Below are positions 1-8,638 of a stretch of 36,541 bases of DNA, piece by piece (the stretch's first letter is position 1; each line of letters begins with the position of its first letter). The notes below the pieces were generated by a model, which was not told the origin of the DNA, did no database searches, and saw only the letters and a program-made list of their open reading frames with translations. Both the position numbers and the translations under genes were made by a program. Source of the DNA: a virus (Duplodnaviria > Heunggongvirae > Uroviricota > Caudoviricetes); the IMG/VR virus record IMGVR_UViG_648276647_000007. One strand, given 5' to 3'.

Positions 1-1
1 A

Positions 2-2248
2 GCCATTACTGATAGTGATGTATCGACAGCTGATTCGTCTTTTACACTGGATGGAGATTCGTCGCCGACGATCTCTGCTGATAGCCAATCCACTTATCCG
101 ATAGTATTAAGCCTGAAAGATAGTAACGGTAAGGCATTAACCGGACTGGCTGATGACATTGAAATGTCAGTGGAATTTACAGCAGATAGCAATAGTGCTC
201 GACAGCGTGAAACGGTAACTGCTCCGTCATTAGGCGCGGTAGAGGAAATCTCTGCTGGTGTATATCGCTCTGTTCTGGCTGCTGGTTCGCAGGCTGGTAC
301 GGTACGTGTAACTGCAAAAGTTCAGGGAAAAACATTTACTCTCAGTATTAAGCAAACAGCAGCAACAGAACCTGATTCTGAGGTCAGTGCTGTTTTAACC
401 GCTGCACCAGCAGAACAGGTAGTTGGTTACAATATCAATCTACAACTGGCAGTGAAGGATTCACAAGGAAATGCAATCACTGGTGATAACACTCTGAGCT
501 TTTATGCTCTTAACCAGGCAGAAGGAGTCGAGTTTGGGACTGTAACGGAAAAAGACGGTGTCTATAGCGCGACAGTAACTTCAAAACGAGCTGGTAAGAT
601 TACTATCGGTGTTAAATCTGATAGTCATGATTTCTCAGGTGTTAAGAAAGAAATCACCTTTATTGAGGACCGGCAGCAGGTTACATTCTCTCAGTTTGAA
701 GCCAGCCAAAATAATGCATTGGCTGATGGAAAACAGAGAAATATGGTAACTGTAAGCCTTGCGGACCGTTTCGGCAATGTTGTTCCTGGTTATGCTGTCA
801 CATTGTCTTTACCAGCAGGGATAACTCAAGTTGGTGGTGAACATGCTGTTTCAACTGACGAAAATGGTAATGCTATTTTTGCGTTAATAAGCTCCACTCC
901 GGGGTCTTACGTGATTACAGCTCATGCTGGTTCTCAGATGTCTACTGAGTTAACAGTGACCTTTGCATCAAATATGACCGGAGCTTCACTGTCACTGACG
1001 CCTGAAAGCAGTAGTTTAATTTCCAATATTCCTGCTAATGGTAAGGATGCAGCGGTATTAGATGTGCAGCTGACAAATACGAATGCGTCGGTCAATGGGC
1101 AAAAGATTCAGCTCATCACCTCATCTGAAGGATTATCTGTACCAACAAATATCGTGACTGATTCAACAGGGCATGTTTCTGTTCCGCTTACAACGGTGAA
1201 AGCTGGTGAGTACACGGTGACTGCACGGGTGACTGACGGTTCCCATAGCGTGGAATCTGGCAGCGTTAAGTTAACTTTTGTGCCCGATGTTGCTTCTGCA
1301 GAACTGAATATGAGTGTATCAAAACAGGAGATTGTGGCCGATGGCAGTGAAAACGCAACAGTAAACATTCAGTTGGTTGATGCGAATAACAATGCGTTTA
1401 CAGGCGAGGTGGATTTAACGATTACACCATCGACGGGAGCATCATTGACCAGTAGTAATCTGCAACTGGATGCTCATGGACAGGCAACAACGCAGTTCAC
1501 TGCATCGAAATCAGGCCAGTACACAATTCAGGCCGAGTATGTTCTGGATGGGAAACGCATAACCGCAAGCCAGAATATTGATGCCGTGACGGATGTGAAG
1601 GGGGCTGTGTTGGAGATCACATCATCTGCATCTTCGGCTGTAGTGAGCGATACCAACAATCTGGTATTTACGTTACTGTTGAAAAGTAAGTCAGGCGAAG
1701 CATTAAGTGGTCGAGCATTGAATGTTAAGACATCTGGGCCGTCTAAATATGGTGCGTTGGTGGTTGATAAAACCACAGTAACGACTGATGAGAACGGTCA
1801 GGCTACGGTAAGCGTACATGGTCGAACGGTTGGTTCGTATAAATTAACGGCGACCTTAAACGAACTTGGCAGTGATGTTAGCGCGGTGAAATCATTCTCC
1901 CTGTACGCTGATGACGCAAATGGAGTATTGACTCTAACAAAAGATCCTGGTTATGAGACAAACGATGGATCTCCAGTAGGTATTTATGCTCGATTTGTCG
2001 ATCATTTTGGAAACCCATTATCTGGTACGGTTGAGTTTTCTGCTGGTAGTGAAGATAGTCCAGACTCTCAACGGGTCAAAATGGAGCCTGCTACAGTAAC
2101 GTTACACTGGACAGGTAATGCAGCTTCGGAATTCAGCACCTATGAAAGTGGTTATCACTGGATTAAGGCCAAAATAACGAATAGCAAAAATACATATGAG
2201 AAAACAATAAGGACTTATGTTGTAAAACTACCTGAAAAGGATAGTTAA
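2..2248 (+). CDS. Invasin/intimin-like adhesin with repeated bacterial Ig-like (Big_1-type) modules; 5'-partial (frame is open from base 2)
   Basis: Reading frame is open from the window edge to the stop at 2246-2248. The protein is built of repeated ~90-100 aa T/S/V-rich modules with recurring motifs (e.g. VTA..G.Y.VTA, ADG...ATV...L.DANGN), typical of inverse-autotransporter passenger domains. Family assignment is from motif recall only. Confidence 0.6.
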   Translation, partial: AITDSDVSTADSSFTLDGDSSPTISADSQSTYPIVLSLKDSNGKALTGLADDIEMSVEFTADSNSARQRETVTAPSLGAVEEISAGVYRSVLAAGSQAGTVRVTAKVQGKTFTLSIKQTAATEPDSEVSAVLTAAPAEQVVGYNINLQLAVKDSQGNAITGDNTLSFYALNQAEGVEFGTVTEKDGVYSATVTSKRAGKITIGVKSDSHDFSGVKKEITFIEDRQQVTFSQFEASQNNALADGKQRNMVTVSLADRFGNVVPGYAVTLSLPAGITQVGGEHAVSTDENGNAIFALISSTPGSYVITAHAGSQMSTELTVTFASNMTGASLSLTPESSSLISNIPANGKDAAVLDVQLTNTNASVNGQKIQLITSSEGLSVPTNIVTDSTGHVSVPLTTVKAGEYTVTARVTDGSHSVESGSVKLTFVPDVASAELNMSVSKQEIVADGSENATVNIQLVDANNNAFTGEVDLTITPSTGASLTSSNLQLDAHGQATTQFTASKSGQYTIQAEYVLDGKRITASQNIDAVTDVKGAVLEITSSASSAVVSDTNNLVFTLLLKSKSGEALSGRALNVKTSGPSKYGALVVDKTTVTTDENGQATVSVHGRTVGSYKLTATLNELGSDVSAVKSFSLYADDANGVLTLTKDPGYETNDGSPVGIYARFVDHFGNPLSGTVEFSAGSEDSPDSQRVKMEPATVTLHWTGNAASEFSTYESGYHWIKAKITNSKNTYEKTIRTYVVKLPEKDS

Positions 2249-2258
2249 CAAAATTGAA

Positions 2259-2287
2259 TGGGGAGGGCTTAGCCCTCCCTCTTTTTA
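2259..2287. terminator. GC-rich hairpin (gggagggc-tta-gccctccc) with T-tract, between convergent genes; probable bidirectional intrinsic terminator
   Basis: Perfect 8-bp inverted repeat at 2261-2279 followed by ctttttac; lies between the adhesin stop (2248) and the esterase stop (2285). Confidence 0.6.
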
Positions 2288-3328
2288 CAGGTTAGCGTTT
2301 GGGTTTTGTTGTTGGGGAGCTGTTTTTATAGGCGCTCCCAGGTTTTTAGTAAACCACTCAACGACTCTGTTTATAATAATTGGCTGATACCATGTCTTAT
2401 CGCCATGCTCGGCCCCTTCTACCAGCACGTACTCAGCGTTATCACCGTTCTTCTTCAACATCCTGAATAGTTTGGCGCTTTGCTCAGGTGAAACCAGAGT
2501 GTCTTTGCTACCATGCATAATAAGAAATGGGGGTTTTACTCCTTTCATATGTCCGATTGGACTGGCGTTTAGCGCTTTTTCTTTTGACGCTGTGATGGGG
2601 GCTCCCGCAAAATTTCTGAATGCAGGGCCATTGATCATTAAGGCTTCGGTTACGGCAGGAGAGCGATGAACCTCCTGCACTGATTCAGGGAACCCCTCGC
2701 CAATATTCAACAAGTCAGAAATCCCATAAAGTGTGGCAACTGCCTGAACATCTGAGGATTGCTGAAGAAAGTCACCTTTATCAAAGGTTTTGTCACCATT
2801 TGTAGTTCCCATCATCTGGGCAAGCCATCCACCGGCAGAGTCACCCAGAACTCCGATTCTTTGAGGATCAATCCCATAATTGCTGGCATGCTCTCTCAGG
2901 TAACGTATTGCAGCTTTTCCATCCTCAACTGGTGCTGGAAATGTATCAGGAATTGTTCTGTATTCTACAGCGGCCACAACAAAACCAGCTTCTGCCAGAG
3001 CCATTCTCATTTCAATAAATTTGTCATGTTCAGAAGACATGAATCCGCCGCCGGGATAATAAATAATGGCTGGTTTTAAATCATTTGTTCGCGGGACAAG
3101 AACTGACATGTGAAGCTGTCTGACAGAACGAGTTCCTTTTATCTGGGAATAAACAACATCACCAATGAGATCGACCTGGTTTCTGGTCGGTGAAACACTA
3201 ATGATATCTGCACCCGGGGTGTAACCAGGAAGATTAGTCTGGACAGGTGTTGCACAACTCCCGACCGACATGGCCATTGACATACCATACAATAGTGTTG
3301 CAGATGATAATATCTTGTTAATTTTCAT
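2285..3328 (-). CDS. Lipoprotein alpha/beta-hydrolase (esterase/lipase family)
   Basis: 347 aa ORF. N-terminal signal peptide with lipobox (MSVGSC), oxyanion-hole-like YYPGGGF motif and nucleophile-elbow GDSAGG motif of hormone-sensitive-lipase-type esterases. Confidence 0.7.
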   Translation of the reverse strand: MKINKILSSATLLYGMSMAMSVGSCATPVQTNLPGYTPGADIISVSPTRNQVDLIGDVVYSQIKGTRSVRQLHMSVLVPRTNDLKPAIIYYPGGGFMSSEHDKFIEMRMALAEAGFVVAAVEYRTIPDTFPAPVEDGKAAIRYLREHASNYGIDPQRIGVLGDSAGGWLAQMMGTTNGDKTFDKGDFLQQSSDVQAVATLYGISDLLNIGEGFPESVQEVHRSPAVTEALMINGPAFRNFAGAPITASKEKALNASPIGHMKGVKPPFLIMHGSKDTLVSPEQSAKLFRMLKKNGDNAEYVLVEGAEHGDKTWYQPIIINRVVEWFTKNLGAPIKTAPQQQNPNANL

Positions 3329-3775
3329 GTTTTACATGCCTTGACTTATCGGATGAAATTCTCTTACTGAATTTAACGGCAGTTTAATAGCCGTACAACT
3401 CGTGGTAGCCAGGGAAATATCCCAGTCGTGGTTAAGGTTGTACTTGACGGCTATTATTTCAACAATGCTTAAAGTGAGAGCTTAAGGTTATGCGTATGTT
3501 TTACAGTCCGAGTAGATTCTGACCAATAGCTTCTTTGTATAATTCTGTCAGAAATAAATCTTGGCTTGCATGAAGTTTGAGACCTTATCTTGTTTGATTA
3601 TGAATAATCAATTCGCCATAATTGTATCACCGGAGCCTGAACAACTCCGGTGACTTCTGCGCTAAACGGGGACGTTTATGCGCACACACAATCCAAACTC
3701 TCTTCTCCCTTCACAGATGCAGAAATGCACCTGCGTTTTTTTGCATCCAGCGTCTGACCTCTGTGGAGGTGAAGC

Positions 3776-4231
3776 GTGAACCTACCACAAGATGGCATCA
3801 AACTGCATCGCGGTAACTTCATCGCTATCGGCCAGCAGATCCAGCCTTATCTGGAGAACGGAAAATGCTTTCGCATGGTGCTTAAACCGTGGCGTGAGAA
3901 ACGCAGTCTTTCCCAGAATGCACTCAGCCACATGTGGTACAGCGAAATCAGTGAATACCTCATCAGCAGGGGGAAATCGTTCGCTACCGCAGCATGGGTA
4001 AAAGATGCTCTCAAACACACATACCTCGGTTATGAAACCAAGGACCTGGTTGATGTCGTAACCGGCGAAATCACTACTATCCAGTCGTTACGCCATACCT
4101 CCGATCTCGATACCGGAGAGATGTATGTCTTCCTGTGTAAGGTTGAAGCCTGGGCGGTGAATATTGGCTGCCACCTGACTATTCCGCAGAGCTGCGAGTT
4201 CCAGCTGCTGCGCGACAAGCAGGAGGCGTAA
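3776..4231 (+). CDS. ninB: NinB/YbcN-family recombination protein
   Basis: 151 aa, GTG start preceded by GGAGG; position and size match the DLP12-type nin region (ybcN). Homology is from recall, not alignment. Confidence 0.65.
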   Translation: MNLPQDGIKLHRGNFIAIGQQIQPYLENGKCFRMVLKPWREKRSLSQNALSHMWYSEISEYLISRGKSFATAAWVKDALKHTYLGYETKDLVDVVTGEITTIQSLRHTSDLDTGEMYVFLCKVEAWAVNIGCHLTIPQSCEFQLLRDKQEA

Positions 4232-4401
4232 TGGCTACACCGCTTATTCGTGTCATGAACGGACACATCTACAGAGTACCAAATCGTCGTAAGCGTAAGC
4301 CTGAGCTGAAACCATCCGAAATACCAACACTGCTCGGATATACCGCCAGCCTGGTTGATAAAAAATGGTTGCGACTGGCAGCAAGGAGGAATCATGGCTG
4401 A
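4231..4401 (+). CDS. ninE: NinE-family small protein (56 aa)
   Basis: Not in the ORF track (<60 aa). ATG overlaps the ninB stop (TAATG) and is preceded by AGGAGG; basic K/R-rich protein with a C-terminal W-L-R...ARR motif like lambda NinE. Confidence 0.55.
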   Translation: MATPLIRVMNGHIYRVPNRRKRKPELKPSEIPTLLGYTASLVDKKWLRLAARRNHG

Positions 4402-4684
4402 CTTGAGAAAAGCAGCGCGTGGTCGGGAATGCCAGGTAAGAATCCCTGGCGTATGTAATGGCAATCCTGAAACGTCAGTACTGGCACATATCCGGCTGGC
4501 TGGATTGTGCGGTACCGGTATCAAACCGCCAGACCTGATTGCCACCATTGCATGTTCTGCCTGCCACGACGAAATCGACCGTCGCACGCATTTTGTTGAC
4601 GCTGGATATGCAAAAGAATGTGCGCTGGAAGGTATGGCGAGAACACAGGTTATCTGGCTGAAAGAGGGGGTAATTAAGGCGTGA
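4394..4684 (+). CDS. YbcO-like (DUF1364-type) cysteine-rich nin-region protein
   Basis: 96 aa from the ATG at 4394, preceded by AAGGAGG; six Cys plus His residues suggest metal binding. Sits at the nin-region position of DLP12 ybcO. Track ORF 4355-4684 uses an upstream start that lacks an RBS. Confidence 0.6.
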   Translation: MADLRKAARGRECQVRIPGVCNGNPETSVLAHIRLAGLCGTGIKPPDLIATIACSACHDEIDRRTHFVDAGYAKECALEGMARTQVIWLKEGVIKA

Positions 4685-5043
4685 ATACTTACTGCATCAC
4701 ACTACCCTGGCCGCCGAGCAATAATCGCTATTACCGCCATAATCGCGGACGCACGCATATCAGCGCAGAGGGGCAGGCATACCGCGATAATGTCGCCCGA
4801 ATCATTAAAAACGCAATGCTGGATATCGGCCTGGCTATTCCTGTGAAAATCAGCATTGAGTGCCACATGCCGGATCGCCGTCGCCGTGACCTTGATAATC
4901 TGCAAAAGGCCGCTTTTGACGCACTCACCAAAGCAGGTTTCTGGCTGGATGATGCTCAGGTCGTTGATTACCGCGTTGTGAAGATGCCCGTTACCAAAGG
5001 TGGGAAGCTGGAGCTGACTATCACTGAACTGGGAGATGAATGA
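4681..5043 (+). CDS. rusA: Holliday junction resolvase RusA
   Basis: 120 aa; sequence ([18 protein letters not shown]...[16 protein letters not shown]...) matches my recollection of DLP12 RusA almost residue for residue. Start overlaps upstream stop. Confidence 0.85.
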   Translation: MNTYCITLPWPPSNNRYYRHNRGRTHISAEGQAYRDNVARIIKNAMLDIGLAIPVKISIECHMPDRRRRDLDNLQKAAFDALTKAGFWLDDAQVVDYRVVKMPVTKGGKLELTITELGDE

Positions 5044-5180
5044 TGTTTGAGTCTTATATGGCAGAACGTCTTCGCCGCCGCTGGGTGCGCCTGCGCTTAT
5101 ATCGTTTTCCTAGTTCTGTTTTGACCGATTACCGGATACTGAAGAATTACGCCAAAACACTGAAAGGAGCTGCCGCATGA
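5040..5180 (+). CDS. YlcG-like small basic protein (46 aa)
   Basis: Not in the ORF track. ATGATG start overlaps the rusA stop; its stop overlaps the start of the Q-like gene (ATGA). Size and position match DLP12 ylcG. Confidence 0.5.
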   Translation: MMFESYMAERLRRRWVRLRLYRFPSSVLTDYRILKNYAKTLKGAAA

Positions 5181-5866
5181 ATACCCAATATTTACAGTAT
5201 GTCCGCGAGCAACTCATTGTGGCTACCGCTGATTTGAGCGGAGCAACGAAAGGACAGCTTGAAGCCTGGCTGGAGCATGCACAATTTGATACTGGTACAT
5301 ACAAACGAAAGAAGCCGCGCATTCTGGATGAGGTAACTGGCAGGATGATTACGCTGGATAATCCGCCGATTTCCGGTAAGCAGTTGTACGCAAAAGGTTC
5401 ATCCATTGCACTGGTCAGCCAGGTTGAGTTCTCAACCTCGTCATGGCGCCGCGCGGTTCTGTCTCTCGAAGAACATCAGAAAGCGTGGTTGCTGTGGAGT
5501 TACAGCGAAAGTGTTCGCTGGGAACATCAGGTCACCATAACGCAGTGGGCATGGAGCGAGTTTAAGACTCTGTTGGGTACCAGGAAAATTGCAGGTAAAA
5601 CACTGGAACGTTTGAAGAAGTTGATCTGGCTGGCGGCACAGGATGTGAAGAACGAGCTGGCAGGGCGTAAGACCTATGAATACCAGGAGCTGGCATCACT
5701 GGTGGGAGTGACATCAAAAAACTGGTCTGAGACATTTACTGAACGCTGGATTGCAATGAAGCACATTTTTCTACAGCTTGATAGCCAAGCTTTATTGCTT
5801 TTAACGAAAACACGTTCAAAACAAAAGACCATATTTTCACAGCAAGATATTGCAAAACTGGATTAA
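5177..5866 (+). CDS. Late-gene antiterminator, Q-family (QuuD/QuuQ-like, not lambda Q)
   Basis: 229 aa ORF immediately upstream of a promoter/leader/terminator unit and the lysis cassette, which is the canonical Q position. No similarity to lambda Q itself that I can see. Confidence 0.55.
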   Translation: MNTQYLQYVREQLIVATADLSGATKGQLEAWLEHAQFDTGTYKRKKPRILDEVTGRMITLDNPPISGKQLYAKGSSIALVSQVEFSTSSWRRAVLSLEEHQKAWLLWSYSESVRWEHQVTITQWAWSEFKTLLGTRKIAGKTLERLKKLIWLAAQDVKNELAGRKTYEYQELASLVGVTSKNWSETFTERWIAMKHIFLQLDSQALLLLTKTRSKQKTIFSQQDIAKLD

Positions 5867-5878
5867 AAATCATATATT
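5850..5878 (+). promoter_or_regulatory. Candidate late promoter (pR'-like): TTGCAA - 17 nt - TATATT
   Basis: Sigma-70-like -35 (5850-5855) and -10 (5873-5878) with 17-nt spacing, just after the Q-like stop; expected site of Q engagement (qut). Confidence 0.45.
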
Positions 5879-5933
5879 TTATGTAAATCTGATATTTTGC
5901 CAATGTTGTACGCACTGGCAGTAATCCAAATTC

Positions 5934-5970
5934 AAGCCCGAGGTTTAAAGCCTTGGGCTTTTCTGTTTCT
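5934..5970 (+). terminator. Leader hairpin 1 (aagcccgagg...ccttgggctt) followed by T-rich tract
   Basis: Imperfect 10-bp stem with G-U pairs followed by ttttctgtttct; lies inside the late leader. Confidence 0.4.
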
Positions 5971-6045
5971 GAACGGTGAGTAGCCTTCCAACCTACCCCA
6001 GCCAGGGTGTCTTCAGTTGTTGAGTTGATATTGCTTAACCCTCTG

Positions 6046-6072
6046 TTGCCAGCTACATGCTGGCTTTTTTAT
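6046..6072 (+). terminator. tR'-like intrinsic terminator (gccagc-tacat-gctggc + T7)
   Basis: Perfect 6-bp GC stem plus tttttta about 190 nt downstream of the candidate -10. This mimics the lambda pR'-tR' 6S transcript arrangement that Q antiterminates. Confidence 0.55.
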
Positions 6073-6187
6073 TCCAGGCTTGCGGGGAGCATCAACTCCG
6101 TGCTTTGTCGTTAAATTACCCCGTGAGCCTGATTTCTGACATTTAACGTCCCGGCCTTTTGTCGGCGGCGAAACATTGGCTATTCAT

Positions 6188-6493
6188 ATGCACGAAAAAG
6201 AGAGCCTTGCCGGAGCGTTCTGGCTCGTTTTGCTGATCATCGCAGGTTGGGGCGGTCTGGTCCGCTACCTGATAGATGTGAAGCAGAGTAAAGCAACGTG
6301 GAGTTGGATAAATGCTCTGGCTCAAATAGTGGTATCAGGATTCACCGGTGTTATTGGTGGCCTGATCAGCATCGAAAGTGGATTCAGTATTTACATGATT
6401 CTCGCGACAGCGGGGATTAGTGGTGCGATGGGTTCGGTTGCACTGACGTACTTCTGGGAACGACTGACAGGGGTGAAAAATGCAAAATCTTAA
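6188..6493 (+). CDS. Holin (three predicted transmembrane segments; not lambda S)
   Basis: About 101 aa with three hydrophobic helices and a charged C-terminus, directly upstream of and overlapping the endolysin gene. The track ORF begins at a TTG at 6176; first ATG is 6188. Confidence 0.6.
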   Translation: MHEKESLAGAFWLVLLIIAGWGGLVRYLIDVKQSKATWSWINALAQIVVSGFTGVIGGLISIESGFSIYMILATAGISGAMGSVALTYFWERLTGVKNAKS

Positions 6494-6956
6494 TCCTCAG
6501 CGTAAAGCCTTCCTCGATATGTTGGCGTGGTCAGAAGGAACGGATAACGGGCGACAACCGACACGTAACCACGGTTATGATGTTATTGTTGGCGGCGAAC
6601 TGTTTACTGATTACTCCGATCACCCTCGCAAACTTGTCACGCTACACCCCAAACTCAAATCAACAGCCGCCGGACGTTATCAGCTTCTTTCACGCTGGTG
6701 GGATGCTTACCGTAAACAGCTTGGTTTGAAAGACTTCTCCCCCAAAAGCCAGGACGCAGTGGCATTACAGCAGATTAAAGAGCGTGGTGCTTTACCGATG
6801 ATTGATCGCGGTGATATCCGTCAGGCAATCGACCGTTGCAGCAATATCTGGGCTTCACTGCCGGGCGCTGGTTATGGTCAGTTCGAGCATAAGGCTGACA
6901 GCCTGATTGCAAAATTCAAAGAAGCTGGCGGAACGCTCAGAGAGAGTGAGGTATGA
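6480..6956 (+). CDS. R: Endolysin R (lambda-type lytic transglycosylase)
   Basis: 158 aa; near-identical to my recollection of lambda R ([20 protein letters not shown]...[21 protein letters not shown]...). Confidence 0.9.
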   Translation: MQNLNPQRKAFLDMLAWSEGTDNGRQPTRNHGYDVIVGGELFTDYSDHPRKLVTLHPKLKSTAAGRYQLLSRWWDAYRKQLGLKDFSPKSQDAVALQQIKERGALPMIDRGDIRQAIDRCSNIWASLPGAGYGQFEHKADSLIAKFKEAGGTLRESEV

Positions 6957-7405
6957 GCAGAATAACCGCGATTATCTCCGCTCTGGTTATCTGCGTCATC
7001 GTCTGCCTTTCATGGGCGGTTAATCATTACCGCGATAACGCGATTACCTACAAAGCCCAGCGCGACAAAAATGCCAGAGAACTGACGCTGGCGAACGCGG
7101 CAATTACTGACATACAGATGCGTCAGCGTGATGTTGCTGCGCTCGATGCAAAATACACGAAGGAGTTAGCTGATGCGAAAGCTGAAAATGATGCTCTGCG
7201 TGATGATGTTGCCGCTGGTCGTCGTCGGTTGCACATCAAAGCAGTCTGTCAGTCAGTGCGTGAAGCCACCACCGCCTCCGGCGTGGATAATGCAGCCTCC
7301 CCCCGACTGGCAGACACCGCTGAACGGGATTATTTCACCCTCAGAGAGAGGCTGATCACTATGCAAAAACAACTGGAAGGAACCCAGAAGTATATTAATG
7401 AGTAG
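6953..7405 (+). CDS. Rz: Spanin inner-membrane subunit Rz (i-spanin)
   Basis: 150 aa with N-terminal TM segment and coiled-coil body, start overlapping the R stop; lambda Rz-like. Confidence 0.85.
   Translation: MSRITAIISALVICVIVCLSWAVNHYRDNAITYKAQRDKNARELTLANAAITDIQMRQRDVAALDAKYTKELADAKAENDALRDDVAAGRRRLHIKAVCQSVREATTASGVDNAASPRLADTAERDYFTLRERLITMQKQLEGTQKYINE
7173..7355 (+). CDS. Rz1: Spanin outer-membrane lipoprotein subunit Rz1 (o-spanin), embedded in Rz in the +1 frame
   Basis: 60 aa; lipobox LVVVGC and proline-rich [15 protein letters not shown] segment as in lambda Rz1; wholly inside Rz. Confidence 0.8.
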   Translation: MRKLKMMLCVMMLPLVVVGCTSKQSVSQCVKPPPPPAWIMQPPPDWQTPLNGIISPSERG

Positions 7406-7445
7406 TGCAGATAGAGCTGCCCATATCGATGGGCAACTCATGCAA

Positions 7446-7739
7446 TTATTGTGAGCAATACACACGCGCTTCCAGCGGAGTATAAATGCCTAAAGTAATA
7501 AAACCGAGCAATCCATTTACGAATGTTTGCTGGGTTTCTGTTTTAACAACATTTTCTGCACCACCACAAATTTTTGCTGCATCGACAGTTTTCTTCTGCC
7601 CAATTCCCGAAACGAAGAAATGATGGGTGATGGTTTCCTTTGGTGTTACTGCTGTAGGTTTGTTTCCAACAGTAAACGTCTGTTGAGCACATCCTGTAAT
7701 AAGCATTGCCAGAGCGGCAGAAAACAACATTTTTTTCAT
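7446..7739 (-). CDS. bor: Bor outer-membrane lipoprotein (serum-resistance factor)
   Basis: 97 aa from MKKM (track ORF extends further 5'); lipobox LITGC; near-identical to my recollection of lambda Bor. Confidence 0.9.
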   Translation of the reverse strand: MKKMLFSAALAMLITGCAQQTFTVGNKPTAVTPKETITHHFFVSGIGQKKTVDAAKICGGAENVVKTETQQTFVNGLLGFITLGIYTPLEARVYCSQ

Positions 7740-8219
7740 CTTATTATCCTGCATTGTTAAAAACGGCAGAATCCTATGTGACAACAATTAAACGATAGTT
7801 AAATGGATTGATGAAAATTAAAACTACACAGGTGGGCTCAGACTATTGGAGGAAGTTGGGGACACTCAGAATCCTGTGGAATGAAATAAACCGGTCTATC
7901 CGTCCATTACCCTTTTAGCTGCGCTGTATCGTCGCCGTATTCCCGCATTAACCATGACCGTAGCCCGACGGGGAATTCCTTCTGCGTGAGTGTGCGGGAA
8001 TAATTAAAAACGATGCACACCGGGTTTTTACCGCGTTAATGATTCGCGGGTTTATCCCGGTGCGATGGTGGAAGAAACAGGAAGCTGTATTACAGAAAGT
8101 GCTACTACTGTATCCCGATGCGATGTATGTAATGTGAGTCAGATAATGGCACAGGATGTGGTGATGTGGCAGTCTGGAACACAGGATATATTGTCAGAAT
8201 AAGACCCGTAGGAATAAAA

Positions 8220-8546
8220 ATGAAAAGACGCCTTTTACTACTTTTTCTGTTATCTGTCCTGGCAGTGGGATGCTCGCAGCAAAAAGCTGATGAGCCCCGG
8301 CAATTAGTGACGGTGTATCCACGATATCCGGAATATGCTGCAGCAAATTATATCAAGGGGCTGGTTGAGGTTAAGTTCGATATTGGTGCTGATGGGACTG
8401 TGACACGGATCGTTTTTCTCCGCTCAGAGCCTCATAATTTGTTTCGTGATGAAGTGGTGAAGGCCATGGCGAAATGGCGATTTGAAAAGAATCGCCCCTG
8501 TCAGGGAGTGAAGAGACAATTTATCTTTACGCCGTCACGTCCTTGA
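8220..8546 (+). CDS. Small lipoprotein with TonB C-terminal-like domain
   Basis: 108 aa from MKRRLLLLFLLSVLAVGC (lipobox), then a YP.YP...A...G.V.V.F.I..DG.V......S......F...V..A...W.F pattern typical of TonB_C/TolA-like folds. Track ORF 8166-8546 starts upstream with no signal peptide. Confidence 0.5.
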   Translation: MKRRLLLLFLLSVLAVGCSQQKADEPRQLVTVYPRYPEYAAANYIKGLVEVKFDIGADGTVTRIVFLRSEPHNLFRDEVVKAMAKWRFEKNRPCQGVKRQFIFTPSRP

Positions 8547-8638
8547 TGCTTCCAGGTAGAGAGGGGCTGGAAGCAGGAGAAAAATGAAAGAGCCAGCGGT
8601 TATATTTTTGTCATGGCTGACGAGGAATGATGGAAGAA

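Noticed and set aside
6176-6187. TTG start for the holin as given by the ORF track
   Set aside because: A non-ATG start with no RBS is less parsimonious than the ATG at 6188; either way the product is the same holin.
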